Sequence record: NZ_CP106960.1
Strand: one strand, 5' to 3'
Length of the DNA stretch: 64,000 bases
Origin: a plasmid
Both the position numbers and the translations under genes were made by a program. Of the stretch, positions 20,035-29,617 are shown piece by piece (position 1 is the first letter of the stretch; every line of letters starts with the position of its first letter). The notes under the pieces are model-generated. The model did no database searches. It worked only from the letters and a program-made list of their open reading frames with translations, and was not told the origin of the DNA.

Positions 20035-20865
20035 TCAGGCGGCAACGCCTGCGTTGCGCATAAAGTCCATCATGGCCTTGATCCTGCGCTGGCTGTTAAG
20101 CCTTTCTTCGAAGTTATTCAGGTAATAAGCAGGCGTATATCGCACCAGTTTAAACTGCTTCGTCAGGGTGTTGCCTGTAACCACCTCGGCAGCGATTCCC
20201 AGCAACGAAAGCTGTATAAACGCCATATCAGCCGCAATCGGATCGATATCGATACAGCTGGCAAACAGGTGAGCCGATGGATTGACGTCAGCCTCAAGCA
20301 GGCATTCAGCATAGGCAATAATCATCCCGGCAGAGCCGCAGGCCGGATCGCTTATTGTGGCGATACCCTCCCGTGCTATTTTTTCCTGAATACCGGGGAT
20401 CAGCATCCGAGCCATCATCGACTGGACGTAATACGGCGTAAAGTATTGCCCCATCCCGCCCGATCCCAGCTCCAGCTCCATGAAAATCGAGCCAATAAAA
20501 TCATGAAATTTTGCATCCAGAGAGTAATACATCAGGGTGAACAGCTCCTGAAGGTTGCGGATATCGGCTGCATCATACCGGGTCAGGATCTTACGACAGT
20601 ACTCCGCTTTCTCCGGTGTTTTAAGACCCACGATGTCCACTTCCCTGGCGGCCAGCCTGATAAAGTCGCTGAAAACATCCCAGCGGTGAAGGTGTCGGGC
20701 GGTCTGATTGAACAGACGAATAAACTGCTTTCGCGCCGTGTCGATAGACATCAGGCGCGGCGCGGCCGGAGGCTGAGGAACGACCGGCGCCGGCTGCACG
20801 GCAGTGCGGACGGCGTCGCTGTGTTTTACCTGGTCAAAGAAGTCTGCAAAGCTCATCTGGGACAC
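20035..20865 (-). CDS. HsdM-like N6-adenine DNA methyltransferase homolog, short (276 aa) with a degenerate catalytic motif
   Basis: GQYFTP and motif I (DPACGSAGM) are intact, as is the HsdM-like region IDIDPIAADMAFIQLSLLG...GNTL. Motif IV reads TPAY instead of NPPF/Y, and the protein ends soon after. Confidence 0.55.
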   Translation of the reverse strand: MSQMSFADFFDQVKHSDAVRTAVQPAPVVPQPPAAPRLMSIDTARKQFIRLFNQTARHLHRWDVFSDFIRLAAREVDIVGLKTPEKAEYCRKILTRYDAADIRNLQELFTLMYYSLDAKFHDFIGSIFMELELGSGGMGQYFTPYYVQSMMARMLIPGIQEKIAREGIATISDPACGSAGMIIAYAECLLEADVNPSAHLFASCIDIDPIAADMAFIQLSLLGIAAEVVTGNTLTKQFKLVRYTPAYYLNNFEERLNSQRRIKAMMDFMRNAGVAA

Positions 20866-20903
20866 GTTTTTCTCCTGCCGCCCCGTCAGGGGCGGCGTTT
20901 TTA

Positions 20904-21206
20904 TCAGTTAAAGGCGCGTTTCAGTTCGAGCGTGCGCAGGACGTGACCCCAGTCGCTTCCGCACATGGCGGGAATGCGAATGCGGCGTTTCTTTTTAAGG
21001 CAGTGCGCGATATGACGACCGAACGCCCGCAGGGTCGGATCGACCTCGGCACTCGGAATGTCTTCCCGGTTGTGGCGGGTTTGTTTGCGTGTAACCGACG
21101 CCGGGGACTGGACAGACAGCGCGGAGGATGTAACAATCTGGACTTCACTGAATTGCATGGTTTGTTCCTTTTGGTGATGGCCGGATTTTCGTTTCGAGGC
21201 GTACAA
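20904..21206 (-). CDS. Small hypothetical protein, paralog of 18762-19001
   Basis: Shares the C-terminal motif RIPAMCGSDWGHVLRTLEL. The start may be at the internal MQFSEV. Confidence 0.4.
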   Translation of the reverse strand: MYASKRKSGHHQKEQTMQFSEVQIVTSSALSVQSPASVTRKQTRHNREDIPSAEVDPTLRAFGRHIAHCLKKKRRIRIPAMCGSDWGHVLRTLELKRAFN

Positions 21207-21242
21207 TCCGGCGTGGATGAAGCAGGCGTAAGCCTGCTTTTT

Positions 21243-21602
21243 TCATTTCTGGCTCAGGCTCTCAGGGCAGAACACCGCTTTCACTTTCGCCACGATATCG
21301 GCGTGGTTCAGGTTGCTGAAGTCACGCAGACGGAAATAGCGCTTACCAAAACGCGCAAAAATGTCCGTGACGTTCCCGCAAATCATTTCTGCCATCATGA
21401 AGGTTTCCGTGTCCTGGGCGGTGTCACAGCTCCAGTTGATCATTGGTGGGCGCAGACCCGCCGCGTCGTGGAACTTGTTCACGTCGATCTCGACAGGTGC
21501 GAGAAGCGCCTTCGTCTCACGGCTGCGCCAGTACGCATGCTCAGCTTCGGCGGTGGCGTTCATATCCAGAGAGGCGAATGAATCAGTTGTCTGTAAATGC
21601 AT
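21243..21602 (-). CDS. Hypothetical leading-region protein (119 aa)
   Basis: The ORF lies immediately downstream (minus sense) of repeat B1. Confidence 0.45.
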   Translation of the reverse strand: MHLQTTDSFASLDMNATAEAEHAYWRSRETKALLAPVEIDVNKFHDAAGLRPPMINWSCDTAQDTETFMMAEMICGNVTDIFARFGKRYFRLRDFSNLNHADIVAKVKAVFCPESLSQK

Positions 21603-21627
21603 GGTTTGTCTCCTTTTCAGTTTTCAC

Positions 21628-22150
21628 ATCACCCGTTGAGTTACGGGAGCCGCGGTTTTGACGTTTTGCGGGAACCTGCTGAAGTTTCCCGGGGGATAAA
21701 ACATCACCCGTTTGAGAACCTTCGCCGCAGGTGCGTAAACGCCACGGGCCGAGGCAGATGTCCGGGGCGGACGCCTGAAGTTTTCGCATGCGAAAAGTTT
21801 TGGTGGTCGTGCGCCAGCATTCACCCTGGACAGCCAGGAGGACTGTGGTGTTCTCAGCACCCGGCGGAGGGACTCAAAGGGGTGAAAAGGGACCGGACGG
21901 AATGGGCAGGGGCCCGCCGCAATGACGGAAAGCCGCGCGCGGCGAAACGGCGTTGCCCCCTACATCACGGCGCGTCTTCTGGTGACGGGATGCAGGGAGC
22001 GCAGGAACGGCGCGACTGAGCGGCGCAGCCGGAACGGCTGCTGCAAGCGATAAGGGGTTGCGTCAGGATGGAAACCCGCTGCCCCGGAGGGGCCGGGCAG
22101 AGACGGCGAAGCTGGCTCTGTGCGTAGCATGACAGCCGCCCGGACGCCCA
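21628..22150. repeat. GC-rich leading-region repeat B1 (about 520 bp), Frpo/ssi-like
   Basis: It is near-identical to 26701-27222 and contains hairpins such as gcagccggaacggctgc. Confidence 0.7.
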
Positions 22151-22429
22151 GTGTAGAAAAGAAAAGACGATGAAACGAATTAGGTACTATGCCCTGATCG
22201 ACGGGAGACTCTGTAGGGGGATAGTGCCCGACGCCAGGGAGTGGAGCGACGCGCCGCAGGCGCGTTGCCCTGCCCCGTTCGGCCTTCCGGTTTGTTCATG
22301 CGAGCGGTCGCGACCGTAAGGAAAAAGGGGCTGCCGGTAAACCGGCACCCCCTTCATAAAGGCGCTTGTGGTAAATTAGATCACACCAGAAGCCCTGAAA
22401 AGGCGGGGTTTCCCCCGCCTCACAGGTTG

Positions 22430-22588
22430 CTACTTACCGGATTCGTAGGCTAGCACGGCAGCGACCTCCCGTTTTCCGTCCTTTAAGCGAATTTCGCAAA
22501 GCGATTTCCGCGTCAGGTAAGTGAATGCCAGCAGTGTGAGACACACTATCAGTACGCACCAGATAACGGTACTTCGCGGCAGTTTCAT
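22430..22588 (-). CDS. hok: Hok/Gef/PndA-family membrane toxin (52 aa)
   Basis: The sequence [52 protein letters not shown] is a canonical Hok-family sequence. An overlapping upstream reading frame (mok-like) runs 22430-22645. Confidence 0.85.
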   Translation of the reverse strand: MKLPRSTVIWCVLIVCLTLLAFTYLTRKSLCEIRLKDGKREVAAVLAYESGK

Positions 22589-22833
22589 AGCCTTCTTCTC
22601 CTTGCGCAGAGCGCAGTAAGCGGCTAATCTAGATGTGTCTAGCATGTAGATCGGCCTCGGGTTAATTTGAAAAAAATTACTCGGGGCTTTTCTCTTTCTG
22701 CCTCACAGCATCCAAACCACTGAAACGTATGAGGCAAAAAGCCTCAAGCGCCAACGCCATTATATCCTTCTGTCGATGTTCTGCCCAGGAATACCCGCCT
22801 GAAACCCGGATAAATCCTCACCTTTTTTCGGCA

Positions 22834-23064
22834 TTATTCCCCGTTACCGGTTCCGTTTGCCCACTCGTCGATCTGCTCATCCAGCGCCTTCAGATGCTGA
22901 TCAACGCTTTCAGCAAGCCGCTCGCTTTCCGTCTCCAGCCAGCCGCTAAGTCCGTCCCATTGACATGACATTTTATTCAGCTTTTCTAACATGCTTTGCA
23001 GCTGTCTACGCTGTCTGCGTGCTGTCTTCAGCTCTGCTTTACAGGGATTGTTTCTTATGGCCAT
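22834..23064 (-). CDS. Small coiled-coil hypothetical protein (76 aa)
   Basis: The ORF is immediately upstream of psiA. Confidence 0.35.
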   Translation of the reverse strand: MAIRNNPCKAELKTARRQRRQLQSMLEKLNKMSCQWDGLSGWLETESERLAESVDQHLKALDEQIDEWANGTGNGE

Positions 23065-23786
23065 ACCGACCTCAGCGTAATTTTATTCGGTACCATCCAG
23101 CGCTCCAGCTCTTTCGCCACCGGTGACGCGTTCTCCGCCACATCCCGCACGTCAGCAACGATTTCATACGCCCGGTCGTACCAGCTTCTGACCAGATGAG
23201 AGAGCGACGGACAGCGTTCTGTCCATGCCCACAGCATCCGCTGCATGTCATAGTCCCGGACATCTTGCTGCGACCACGATTCATACCATGCCTGGAGCGT
23301 TTCCGGCGTCTGGAATGCCAGATCGATCTCAGCCTGACCGACCAGATTCTGGTACGCATCCTCTTTCTCGCGCGCGCGCCGAGTTTCCTGACGGGTGTAC
23401 AGGTCCGCTTCTCGCCTGTCCCGCTTTACCCTGCGATCGCTCAGACTGAATGCCTTCTCAGGAAACATGATTTGCACCAGTCGCGTATCCAGCGGCGCAT
23501 AGCAGTGGCGACCCCGCGAGCGAATCAGGGTATCAAACGCTTCCTCATAGCGTACCAGGGGGGTCTTGTCCTCTTTCAGCCAGTAGACCCCCGGCACCTG
23601 ATTGATTGATCGAGTACTTAACTTACTGCTGCCGGTCAGAATCCGGAAAAATGCACGAGCATAGGGATACGGCTGCCGGGAACGACGACCAGAATTTTCC
23701 GTCTCCTCTTCCACGATCATGATGGCGCGTAGAGCCGCTTCACGCTCGGGCCGCTGCGTGACGAGTGAGAGATGACGCGGGATCAT
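23055..23786 (-). CDS. psiA: PsiA (plasmid SOS inhibition protein A), 243 aa
   Basis: Size and position immediately downstream of psiB fit PsiA. Confidence 0.6.
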   Translation of the reverse strand: MIPRHLSLVTQRPEREAALRAIMIVEEETENSGRRSRQPYPYARAFFRILTGSSKLSTRSINQVPGVYWLKEDKTPLVRYEEAFDTLIRSRGRHCYAPLDTRLVQIMFPEKAFSLSDRRVKRDRREADLYTRQETRRAREKEDAYQNLVGQAEIDLAFQTPETLQAWYESWSQQDVRDYDMQRMLWAWTERCPSLSHLVRSWYDRAYEIVADVRDVAENASPVAKELERWMVPNKITLRSVWP

Positions 23787-24211
23787 AATTTCACCTCATG
23801 CTTCAGGAAGGCGATGATGTCGGAAGGGATATAGCCATCACGGTGGCGTACATCTGCCACACTCAGGGCGTGATTCAGTTCTGACACGTTGAAATAGTCG
23901 CACTGGCGAACGCAAACCACGTGATGGCCCTTTCCTGACATCATCAACAGAAGCCACTGGTCACTGGCCTCTCCCGGACTGCACAGCACCATCTGAAAGA
24001 GACCGTGGGTCGGTGCGAAACGGACCTGAACCGGGAACAGCCCACCGAACTCGCTACCGTACTCCCCGAGAATGTCCCAGTTATCCGGGAGTCTCAGCGC
24101 CACCATTACGGTATGAGTCAGTTCGCGGCGGAAGGAATAGCCTGCCGAGCGGGCAGTTTCGAAATCATCGGCGGTCATCTCTGCCAGGCTGAAATTTGTT
24201 GTGCTCATCAT
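23783..24211 (-). CDS. psiB: PsiB (plasmid SOS inhibition protein B), 142 aa
   Basis: It matches F PsiB in conserved blocks (RRELTH, DNW..GEYGSEFGG.FPVQVRF.P.H, LCSPG). Confidence 0.8.
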   Translation of the reverse strand: MMSTTNFSLAEMTADDFETARSAGYSFRRELTHTVMVALRLPDNWDILGEYGSEFGGLFPVQVRFAPTHGLFQMVLCSPGEASDQWLLLMMSGKGHHVVCVRQCDYFNVSELNHALSVADVRHRDGYIPSDIIAFLKHEVKL

Positions 24212-24249
24212 GTTCTCCTTATTGCCGCCCCGAAGGGCGGCACTCCTTA

Positions 24250-26265
24250 TCAGGCAGCCAGTGTGGTGTTGTCAGCGTCGGTTTCGGTGTCAACGGAAGC
24301 GGTCTCTTTCACAGCGTCAGACTGCGGACCCTGTAGCCATGCCGGAACCCAGCGGGTATCTTTCAGCCAGAACTCAGCATGTTCCGCCGCGTCGCCCTTT
24401 TTCATTTTCTCGGCGTCCTTCGCTGCCCCGACACTTCCGGCATCATTCATTGCGGCCACAATCTGGCTGTGCGTGAGGCTGCTGAAATATCCCACTTTTG
24501 TTGGTTGCCACCAGTCACGCAGATGGAAGCCAATCGCCTTTTCCAGATCGTCGAGTGGGCTGCGCGACGTATGCCCCATATCGCGGGTCTGAACACCGTC
24601 AACGGAACAGGCCGTGCAATACGCCATGAGCGACATCAGCAAATCACCTTTCAGGCTAAAGAAGGTTGTGAAATCCTTACGCCATCCTTCCGGCAGCAGT
24701 TCTTCCAGTCGGGCCTGTTCTGTCATCAGCGCGGTGTAAGCGAGGCCCTCATTTCCGGATGGGGCTTCGCGCGTCAGCGAGTAGTGCGAGACGTTAACGC
24801 TGATCCCGAAAGGATGCTTTTGTGGGCTGTAGCCGGAGAAAACGCTACAGCACATACGCCAGACCATCAGGGGAACGGCTTTTTCAGGCTGTTGCATCAG
24901 CGCAGCCTGGACAGCGAGAGTACGCTCAGATGACATTTTGGTGAGTAGCGGAACGCTGATCCCTTCTGCGGCATCGGGCTGACTTACATATGTGACGCTG
25001 CCTGACGCTTTCTTATCTTCATTCTCTGCGTCATCCTCCGGCAGATCAGCCTTACGGCACACGCCACGCTGCACGTACAGCTCACCCTCCATAAAGCTGG
25101 CTACCACGCCAGCATTCGACTTAAGCGCATCAGTCCATCCACGCACTTCTGCGGCATGTTCAATGAGGTTCATTTCGCTCAGGGCGGCGTAAGCCTCGTC
25201 ACTGTTCTCGTCGAGTGCATTAAGCTGATCGGTCAGTTCATCCAGACGACGGCTGTCATCCGGGTTGTATACCGCATCCGGCACCGGAAGCAGCAGGTAG
25301 TCGTTATCATTTGTACCGTAACGGCTAATTCTGGACGGACGGCCCATCGCCCATGCCCAGCCCTCTTTCTGCTGGATTTCGAGGGCAATTTTGTCCAGTT
25401 TTTCGGCCATCAGGGTGTCAACAAGCAGCCTGTCGACGGTCCCGTCGCCCTCCTGCGCGCTGAATAAATCTTCACGGACCACACCACCTGCCAGCTCGTA
25501 CGCCTCACGACCGATGAAGCCAAAACGGGCATCCGTAACGGCGATTTCACTCTCGGTGATCTGCCTTTTGACTAAATGGGCTGACGCACAGGAATAAGTC
25601 GCCATCAGGTTTTCATACACGGCGACCTGACGAACCTGATCGCTTTCAAGGCACAGCGCCTGACACTGCTCCATATCAAGCTTGTCTTCTGCCAGCAGTT
25701 TCAGCAGTGACGGTGCGAGGGTGGCGAGTTTCAGCATGCGCTGTACATGGCGGGAGCCGAACCCCAGTTCATCACCAATCTGCGAAGCGGTTTTGCCCAT
25801 CTCAGCCAGGGTGCGGAAGCTCGTGATTTGCTCTGCCGGGTGCATTGCCACACGCTGCTCATTTTCCGCATGAGATGCCGCAGCGGCGATTTCGCGCGAT
25901 ACGCGTTTAACAGGCACCACGTCGTCCGGCTGGATCAGGTTGTCTTCAAGGAGCAGCGCAAGGGCCGTGGTACGGCGACCGCCACAGGCCACGCCGGATT
26001 TACAGTCTGGCATATCATGGACAACGAGGTTCTGAAGCAGACCAATCGCAGCAATGGACGCAGCCAGTCCGCGAACGCTCTCCTTTGAATAGGGAATGGT
26101 TCTGGCATTCAGGTCTGAAATGACCAGATTTTTGACTTTCTCATACTCGATCGGTGTGGCATCGAGGATGGATTTCAGCACCTCCGGCGCGATGGCCTGC
26201 GCAGGGCTGGCTTTCTTACGGCTGGATTGTTTAGGGCTTTTTGCTTTAGACTCGGCAACTGACAT
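24250..26265 (-). CDS. ParB-like nuclease-domain protein of the leading region (671 aa; YubM/YdcA-like)
   Basis: It has an N-terminal ParB/Srx-like domain (VISDLNARTIPYSKE, GLLQNLVV) and a long acidic C-terminus. Confidence 0.6.
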   Translation of the reverse strand: MSVAESKAKSPKQSSRKKASPAQAIAPEVLKSILDATPIEYEKVKNLVISDLNARTIPYSKESVRGLAASIAAIGLLQNLVVHDMPDCKSGVACGGRRTTALALLLEDNLIQPDDVVPVKRVSREIAAAASHAENEQRVAMHPAEQITSFRTLAEMGKTASQIGDELGFGSRHVQRMLKLATLAPSLLKLLAEDKLDMEQCQALCLESDQVRQVAVYENLMATYSCASAHLVKRQITESEIAVTDARFGFIGREAYELAGGVVREDLFSAQEGDGTVDRLLVDTLMAEKLDKIALEIQQKEGWAWAMGRPSRISRYGTNDNDYLLLPVPDAVYNPDDSRRLDELTDQLNALDENSDEAYAALSEMNLIEHAAEVRGWTDALKSNAGVVASFMEGELYVQRGVCRKADLPEDDAENEDKKASGSVTYVSQPDAAEGISVPLLTKMSSERTLAVQAALMQQPEKAVPLMVWRMCCSVFSGYSPQKHPFGISVNVSHYSLTREAPSGNEGLAYTALMTEQARLEELLPEGWRKDFTTFFSLKGDLLMSLMAYCTACSVDGVQTRDMGHTSRSPLDDLEKAIGFHLRDWWQPTKVGYFSSLTHSQIVAAMNDAGSVGAAKDAEKMKKGDAAEHAEFWLKDTRWVPAWLQGPQSDAVKETASVDTETDADNTTLAA

Positions 26266-26337
26266 AGTTAATACCTCCGGTGTTAATGATTGTCCGGCCC
26301 TGCGGAGTGACCGCTCCGGCAGGGCACCTTCATACTG

Positions 26338-26661
26338 CTATTTTCTGAATCCGTAGCTTGCAAGTGCGCGATTCATCCACGCCCCGCCATCTTTCTGGAA
26401 ATTCCATACACGCTCTTTCAACATCCCGTCTTCATCACGGACAACAAGCTGAAAATGCGTTTTCTGATCGTTCTCAATACCGACGTTGGTGTACTGCGCC
26501 GCAACAGCCCTCGCCTCTTCTCGGGTAAATGCCCCTTCAGGCAGCACCACAGGCGCGGTGGCAACGTCAGCGTTCAGCAATGCCGCTAGTTCAAGTTCTT
26601 CAGCGGTCGGTTCGCGTAGCGACACGGACTGATTCAGAAATTCCTGTAATGTTTTGCCCAC
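26338..26661 (-). CDS. Hypothetical protein (107 aa)
   Basis: The ORF lies directly downstream (minus sense) of repeat B2. Confidence 0.4.
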   Translation of the reverse strand: MGKTLQEFLNQSVSLREPTAEELELAALLNADVATAPVVLPEGAFTREEARAVAAQYTNVGIENDQKTHFQLVVRDEDGMLKERVWNFQKDGGAWMNRALASYGFRK

Positions 26662-26700
26662 TGCATTTCTCCTGATAAAAGGGTCTGGCCTTTAAAACCC

Positions 26701-27222
26701 ATCACCCGTTGAGTTACGGGAGCCGCGGTTTTGACGTTTTGCGGGAACCTGCTGAAGTTTCCCGGGGGATAAAACATCACCCGTTTGAGAACCTTCGCCG
26801 CAGGTGCGTCAACGCCACGGGCCGAGGCAGATGTCCGGGGCGGACGCCTGAAGTTTTCGCATGCGAAAAGTTTTGGTGGCCGTGCGCCAGCATTCACCCT
26901 GGACAGCCAGGAGGACTGTGGTGTTCTCAGCACCCGGCGGAGGGACTCAAAGGGGTGAAAAAGGACCGGACGGAATGGGCAGGGGCCCGCCGCAATGACG
27001 GAAAGCCGCGCGCGGCGAAACGGCGTTGCCCCCTACATCACGGCGCGGTTTCCGGCGACGGGATGCAGGGAGCGCAGGAACGGCGCGACTGAGCGGCGCA
27101 GCCGGAACGGCTGCTGCAAGCGATAAGGGGTTGCGTCAGGATGGAAACCCGCTGCCCCGGAGGGGCCGGGCAGAGACGGCGCAGCCGGCTCTGTGCGGAG
27201 CATGACAGCCGCCCGGACGCCC
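26701..27222. repeat. GC-rich leading-region repeat B2, Frpo/ssi-like
   Basis: Near-identical to 21628-22150. Confidence 0.7.
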
Positions 27223-27272
27223 GGGGCAGCAAAAAAAAGCCGGAAAAACTAACTGTTATCTTGCTGAAAATT

Positions 27273-27527
27273 TTATTTTTTATTCGCTTCAGCCATCTCA
27301 GCATATTGCGGGTCGCTCGCTTTCGGCAACTGCAGGCTCAGCTGGCGGTAGTGGCGCAGCCTTTCCATAAAATACTCGCGAAGATGCACCGGCTGCTCGC
27401 GCGCGATAATTTCAGGTACCACCGGCTGATTCAGGCGCTCTTTAAACGCGACGCCCGACGCGGCCAGATCTACCGCCACCTTGTCCTGATCCTCTTTTGA
27501 TAGTTTTGAAAGATTAATTTCGCTCAT
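27273..27527 (-). CDS. Hypothetical protein (84 aa)
   Basis: ORF in the leading region. Confidence 0.35.
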   Translation of the reverse strand: MSEINLSKLSKEDQDKVAVDLAASGVAFKERLNQPVVPEIIAREQPVHLREYFMERLRHYRQLSLQLPKASDPQYAEMAEANKK

Positions 27528-27684
27528 ATTTTTACCTTGTTAATTTTTTTACTGACCTGCGCTGCCAGATCATGCAGGGCGGCGTGTCGCGGCGCCGAAG
27601 GCGCAGTGACAGCCGCCGGCAGGCAAGGCCTGCCCGGGTTTTCCCACGGGCTGACAGGCGGAGGTGCCGCCTGCCTGGATCACC

Positions 27685-27873
27685 TTAACGTTGATCCTGC
27701 CGGATAAACTGTCCGCCTATGTATACCGCAGACTGGCAGCTCATAAAATGGCAAATTTCGTCGATCACTTCTTCGGTTCTCAGCTCCCGTAATCCGGCCT
27801 CACGGCGGCCGGCGTTAATTCGTTTTTTGTACTGACGCAGGATGTCACGGGTTTGTGTATCAAGTTTCATCAT
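27685..27873 (-). CDS. Small hypothetical protein (62 aa)
   Basis: The ORF lies upstream of ardA; confidence is low. Confidence 0.25.
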   Translation of the reverse strand: MMKLDTQTRDILRQYKKRINAGRREAGLRELRTEEVIDEICHFMSCQSAVYIGGQFIRQDQR

Positions 27874-27914
27874 TCTGTCCTTTTATGCAGGGGGACTATC
27901 CCCCTGCCCTTAAA

Positions 27915-28415
27915 TCAGTTCTGAAAAACGTGGCCTTCCAGGAACACCAGACCGTTCATAAACATATCCCGGCCGTAAGCATCATAATCAAAGTAACCGC
28001 GCAGCGATTCAGGCACCTCATTAAGCAAGCCGTGCTCCTGCACGTAGTCATACGCATAATCTTCCTCGCTTGCGGCTTCACCACACCAGGCATCTTCAAA
28101 CGCGTCGTAATCACATTCACCGGTGAACTCCACCCAGGCAATGAAAGCCTCGTCCTTACCGTCATCAACCGCGCGCTTGTAGGCCTCAATAAAAGCCCAG
28201 TCAACCGAGCTTTCTGAAGCAAATTTATCCGGAATGCCCTCCCAGTCCTGGAACATCAGTTCCGGATCGGATTCGTTTGCGTGCAACGCATGGCATGCCT
28301 CCATAAAATCTGACTTATCGTCAAAATCGGTGAGATCGAACCATTTACCGAAGAGACTGCCGCAGTTGTATTTGTGGTAAGTACCAACATAAATCGCCGG
28401 GGTGGTAGTGCTCAT
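27915..28415 (-). CDS. ardA: ArdA antirestriction protein (DNA mimic), 166 aa
   Basis: The sequence MSTTTPAIYVGTYHKYNCGSLFGKWFDLTDFDDKSDFMEACHALH is a canonical ArdA N-terminus, and the C-terminus is acidic. Confidence 0.9.
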   Translation of the reverse strand: MSTTTPAIYVGTYHKYNCGSLFGKWFDLTDFDDKSDFMEACHALHANESDPELMFQDWEGIPDKFASESSVDWAFIEAYKRAVDDGKDEAFIAWVEFTGECDYDAFEDAWCGEAASEEDYAYDYVQEHGLLNEVPESLRGYFDYDAYGRDMFMNGLVFLEGHVFQN

Positions 28416-28455
28416 AAAAATCCTCCGTTGCCAGTGTCGTCTGAGTTCCGGCTTA

Positions 28456-28681
28456 CGCCGTGCCGACACGACAGCCCGACTTCGAGCGGAAGATGCAAGG
28501 GCGACACCGCAGGCCGCAGCGCAGATAAAAGCGAGGACGTTCTGGACGGTTCTCCCGCGAAACCTGAGCGGGAGAACGACGGGAAGAACGGCATCAGGCG
28601 TAAAAATCTGCGACCGGGCGAGGATGGCGGCGAAGCGACCCCTTGCATCTGGAGCGTTCGGGCTAAAGTGAAGGCACGGCG
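28456..28681. repeat. Leading-region repeat A1 (about 226 bp), Frpo/ssi-like, upstream of ardA
   Basis: It contains the perfect hairpin ctcccgcgaaacctgagcgggag. Copies recur at 29618-29843 and 30771-30995. Confidence 0.7.
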
Positions 28682-28804
28682 TTAGCCGCAGACCGCACGG
28701 ATGTTTTTGCCTGCGTGGCCGTAACATCGTGGAGGTCACGCCGGTAAAGCGGAGCGTGCGACATCCTTTTTGCTTAAAAGCGGGGCGCTCTGCCCCGCCT
28801 CAAT

Positions 28805-29584
28805 TCAGGCTGCGATCCGGATCCCGGAAAATGATTTCATCATCACATCGATTTCCGCTCGGGCTGTTTTCACAACATCCCGTAACCAGTGGCGGTCAAA
28901 CCAGACACGTGACGGGCTGTCAGGATGCCGAAGGGCATAGGGAACATGCGTCTGGCCGACGGTGCGCCCGTTACACTCCAGGCGGATCTGCAGACGGCGG
29001 AAGGTTTCTTTCTCGTCGAGCACGGCTTTCAGCCTGGCATCCAGCGTATCGTTGTCCCATTCAGCATCGTCCTGAACCTGCTCCACCTCTGTCACCGTCA
29101 GGGTGAAATTGCGTGTGCGGCGGGTCAGTACCAGCGGTTCTGTGGCAGGCCGCAGCGCTTCGGTCAGGCGATACCCTGCCGACGCCACGCAGCTGCAGAC
29201 GTGATTGATTTCGTCTCGCAGTGCTTTCAGCAGGCAGAGGATTTGTGGCGTATTCATCCCGGCAGGACAGTTGTCGTATTCCAGTGAAATGGTTCCGGCA
29301 TGTGCCTTTCGGTGCCCCAGCGAGTTCCTGTAAAGGCGAACGACCAGTTCGCTTCTGTGGATCAGCGGCAGCAGCATCTGCACTGCCTGTTCGCTCATTA
29401 ATCCCCGCAGGGCGATTTCAGGTAACAGTCGCTGCAGTTGCGCGGCATCGAGCTGGCCATAAAACGCCACGCCCTCCCCACGCGAGTAATTCAGGCTGGT
29501 ATCGATATCCATCGTGGCTGGCCAGCCACGCGAAACCAGTGTGTTGCGGGTATGGCGGTGCATAAAGCGATAAGCGGTGGTCAT
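28805..29584 (-). CDS. Hypothetical leading-region protein (259 aa)
   Basis: The ORF is downstream (minus sense) of repeat A2. Confidence 0.45.
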   Translation of the reverse strand: MTTAYRFMHRHTRNTLVSRGWPATMDIDTSLNYSRGEGVAFYGQLDAAQLQRLLPEIALRGLMSEQAVQMLLPLIHRSELVVRLYRNSLGHRKAHAGTISLEYDNCPAGMNTPQILCLLKALRDEINHVCSCVASAGYRLTEALRPATEPLVLTRRTRNFTLTVTEVEQVQDDAEWDNDTLDARLKAVLDEKETFRRLQIRLECNGRTVGQTHVPYALRHPDSPSRVWFDRHWLRDVVKTARAEIDVMMKSFSGIRIAA

Positions 29585-29617
29585 GATGTTCTCCTTATAC
29601 TGATGCGGCGACGTCTT

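Noticed and set aside
20269-20946. 225 aa plus-strand ORF opposite the methyltransferase homolog
   Set aside because: It is antisense to a gene with clear MTase motifs and has no features of its own.
24005-24933. Plus-strand ORFs (195 and 184 aa) within the ParB-like nuclease gene
   Set aside because: They are antisense to a long conserved minus-strand gene and are probably spurious.
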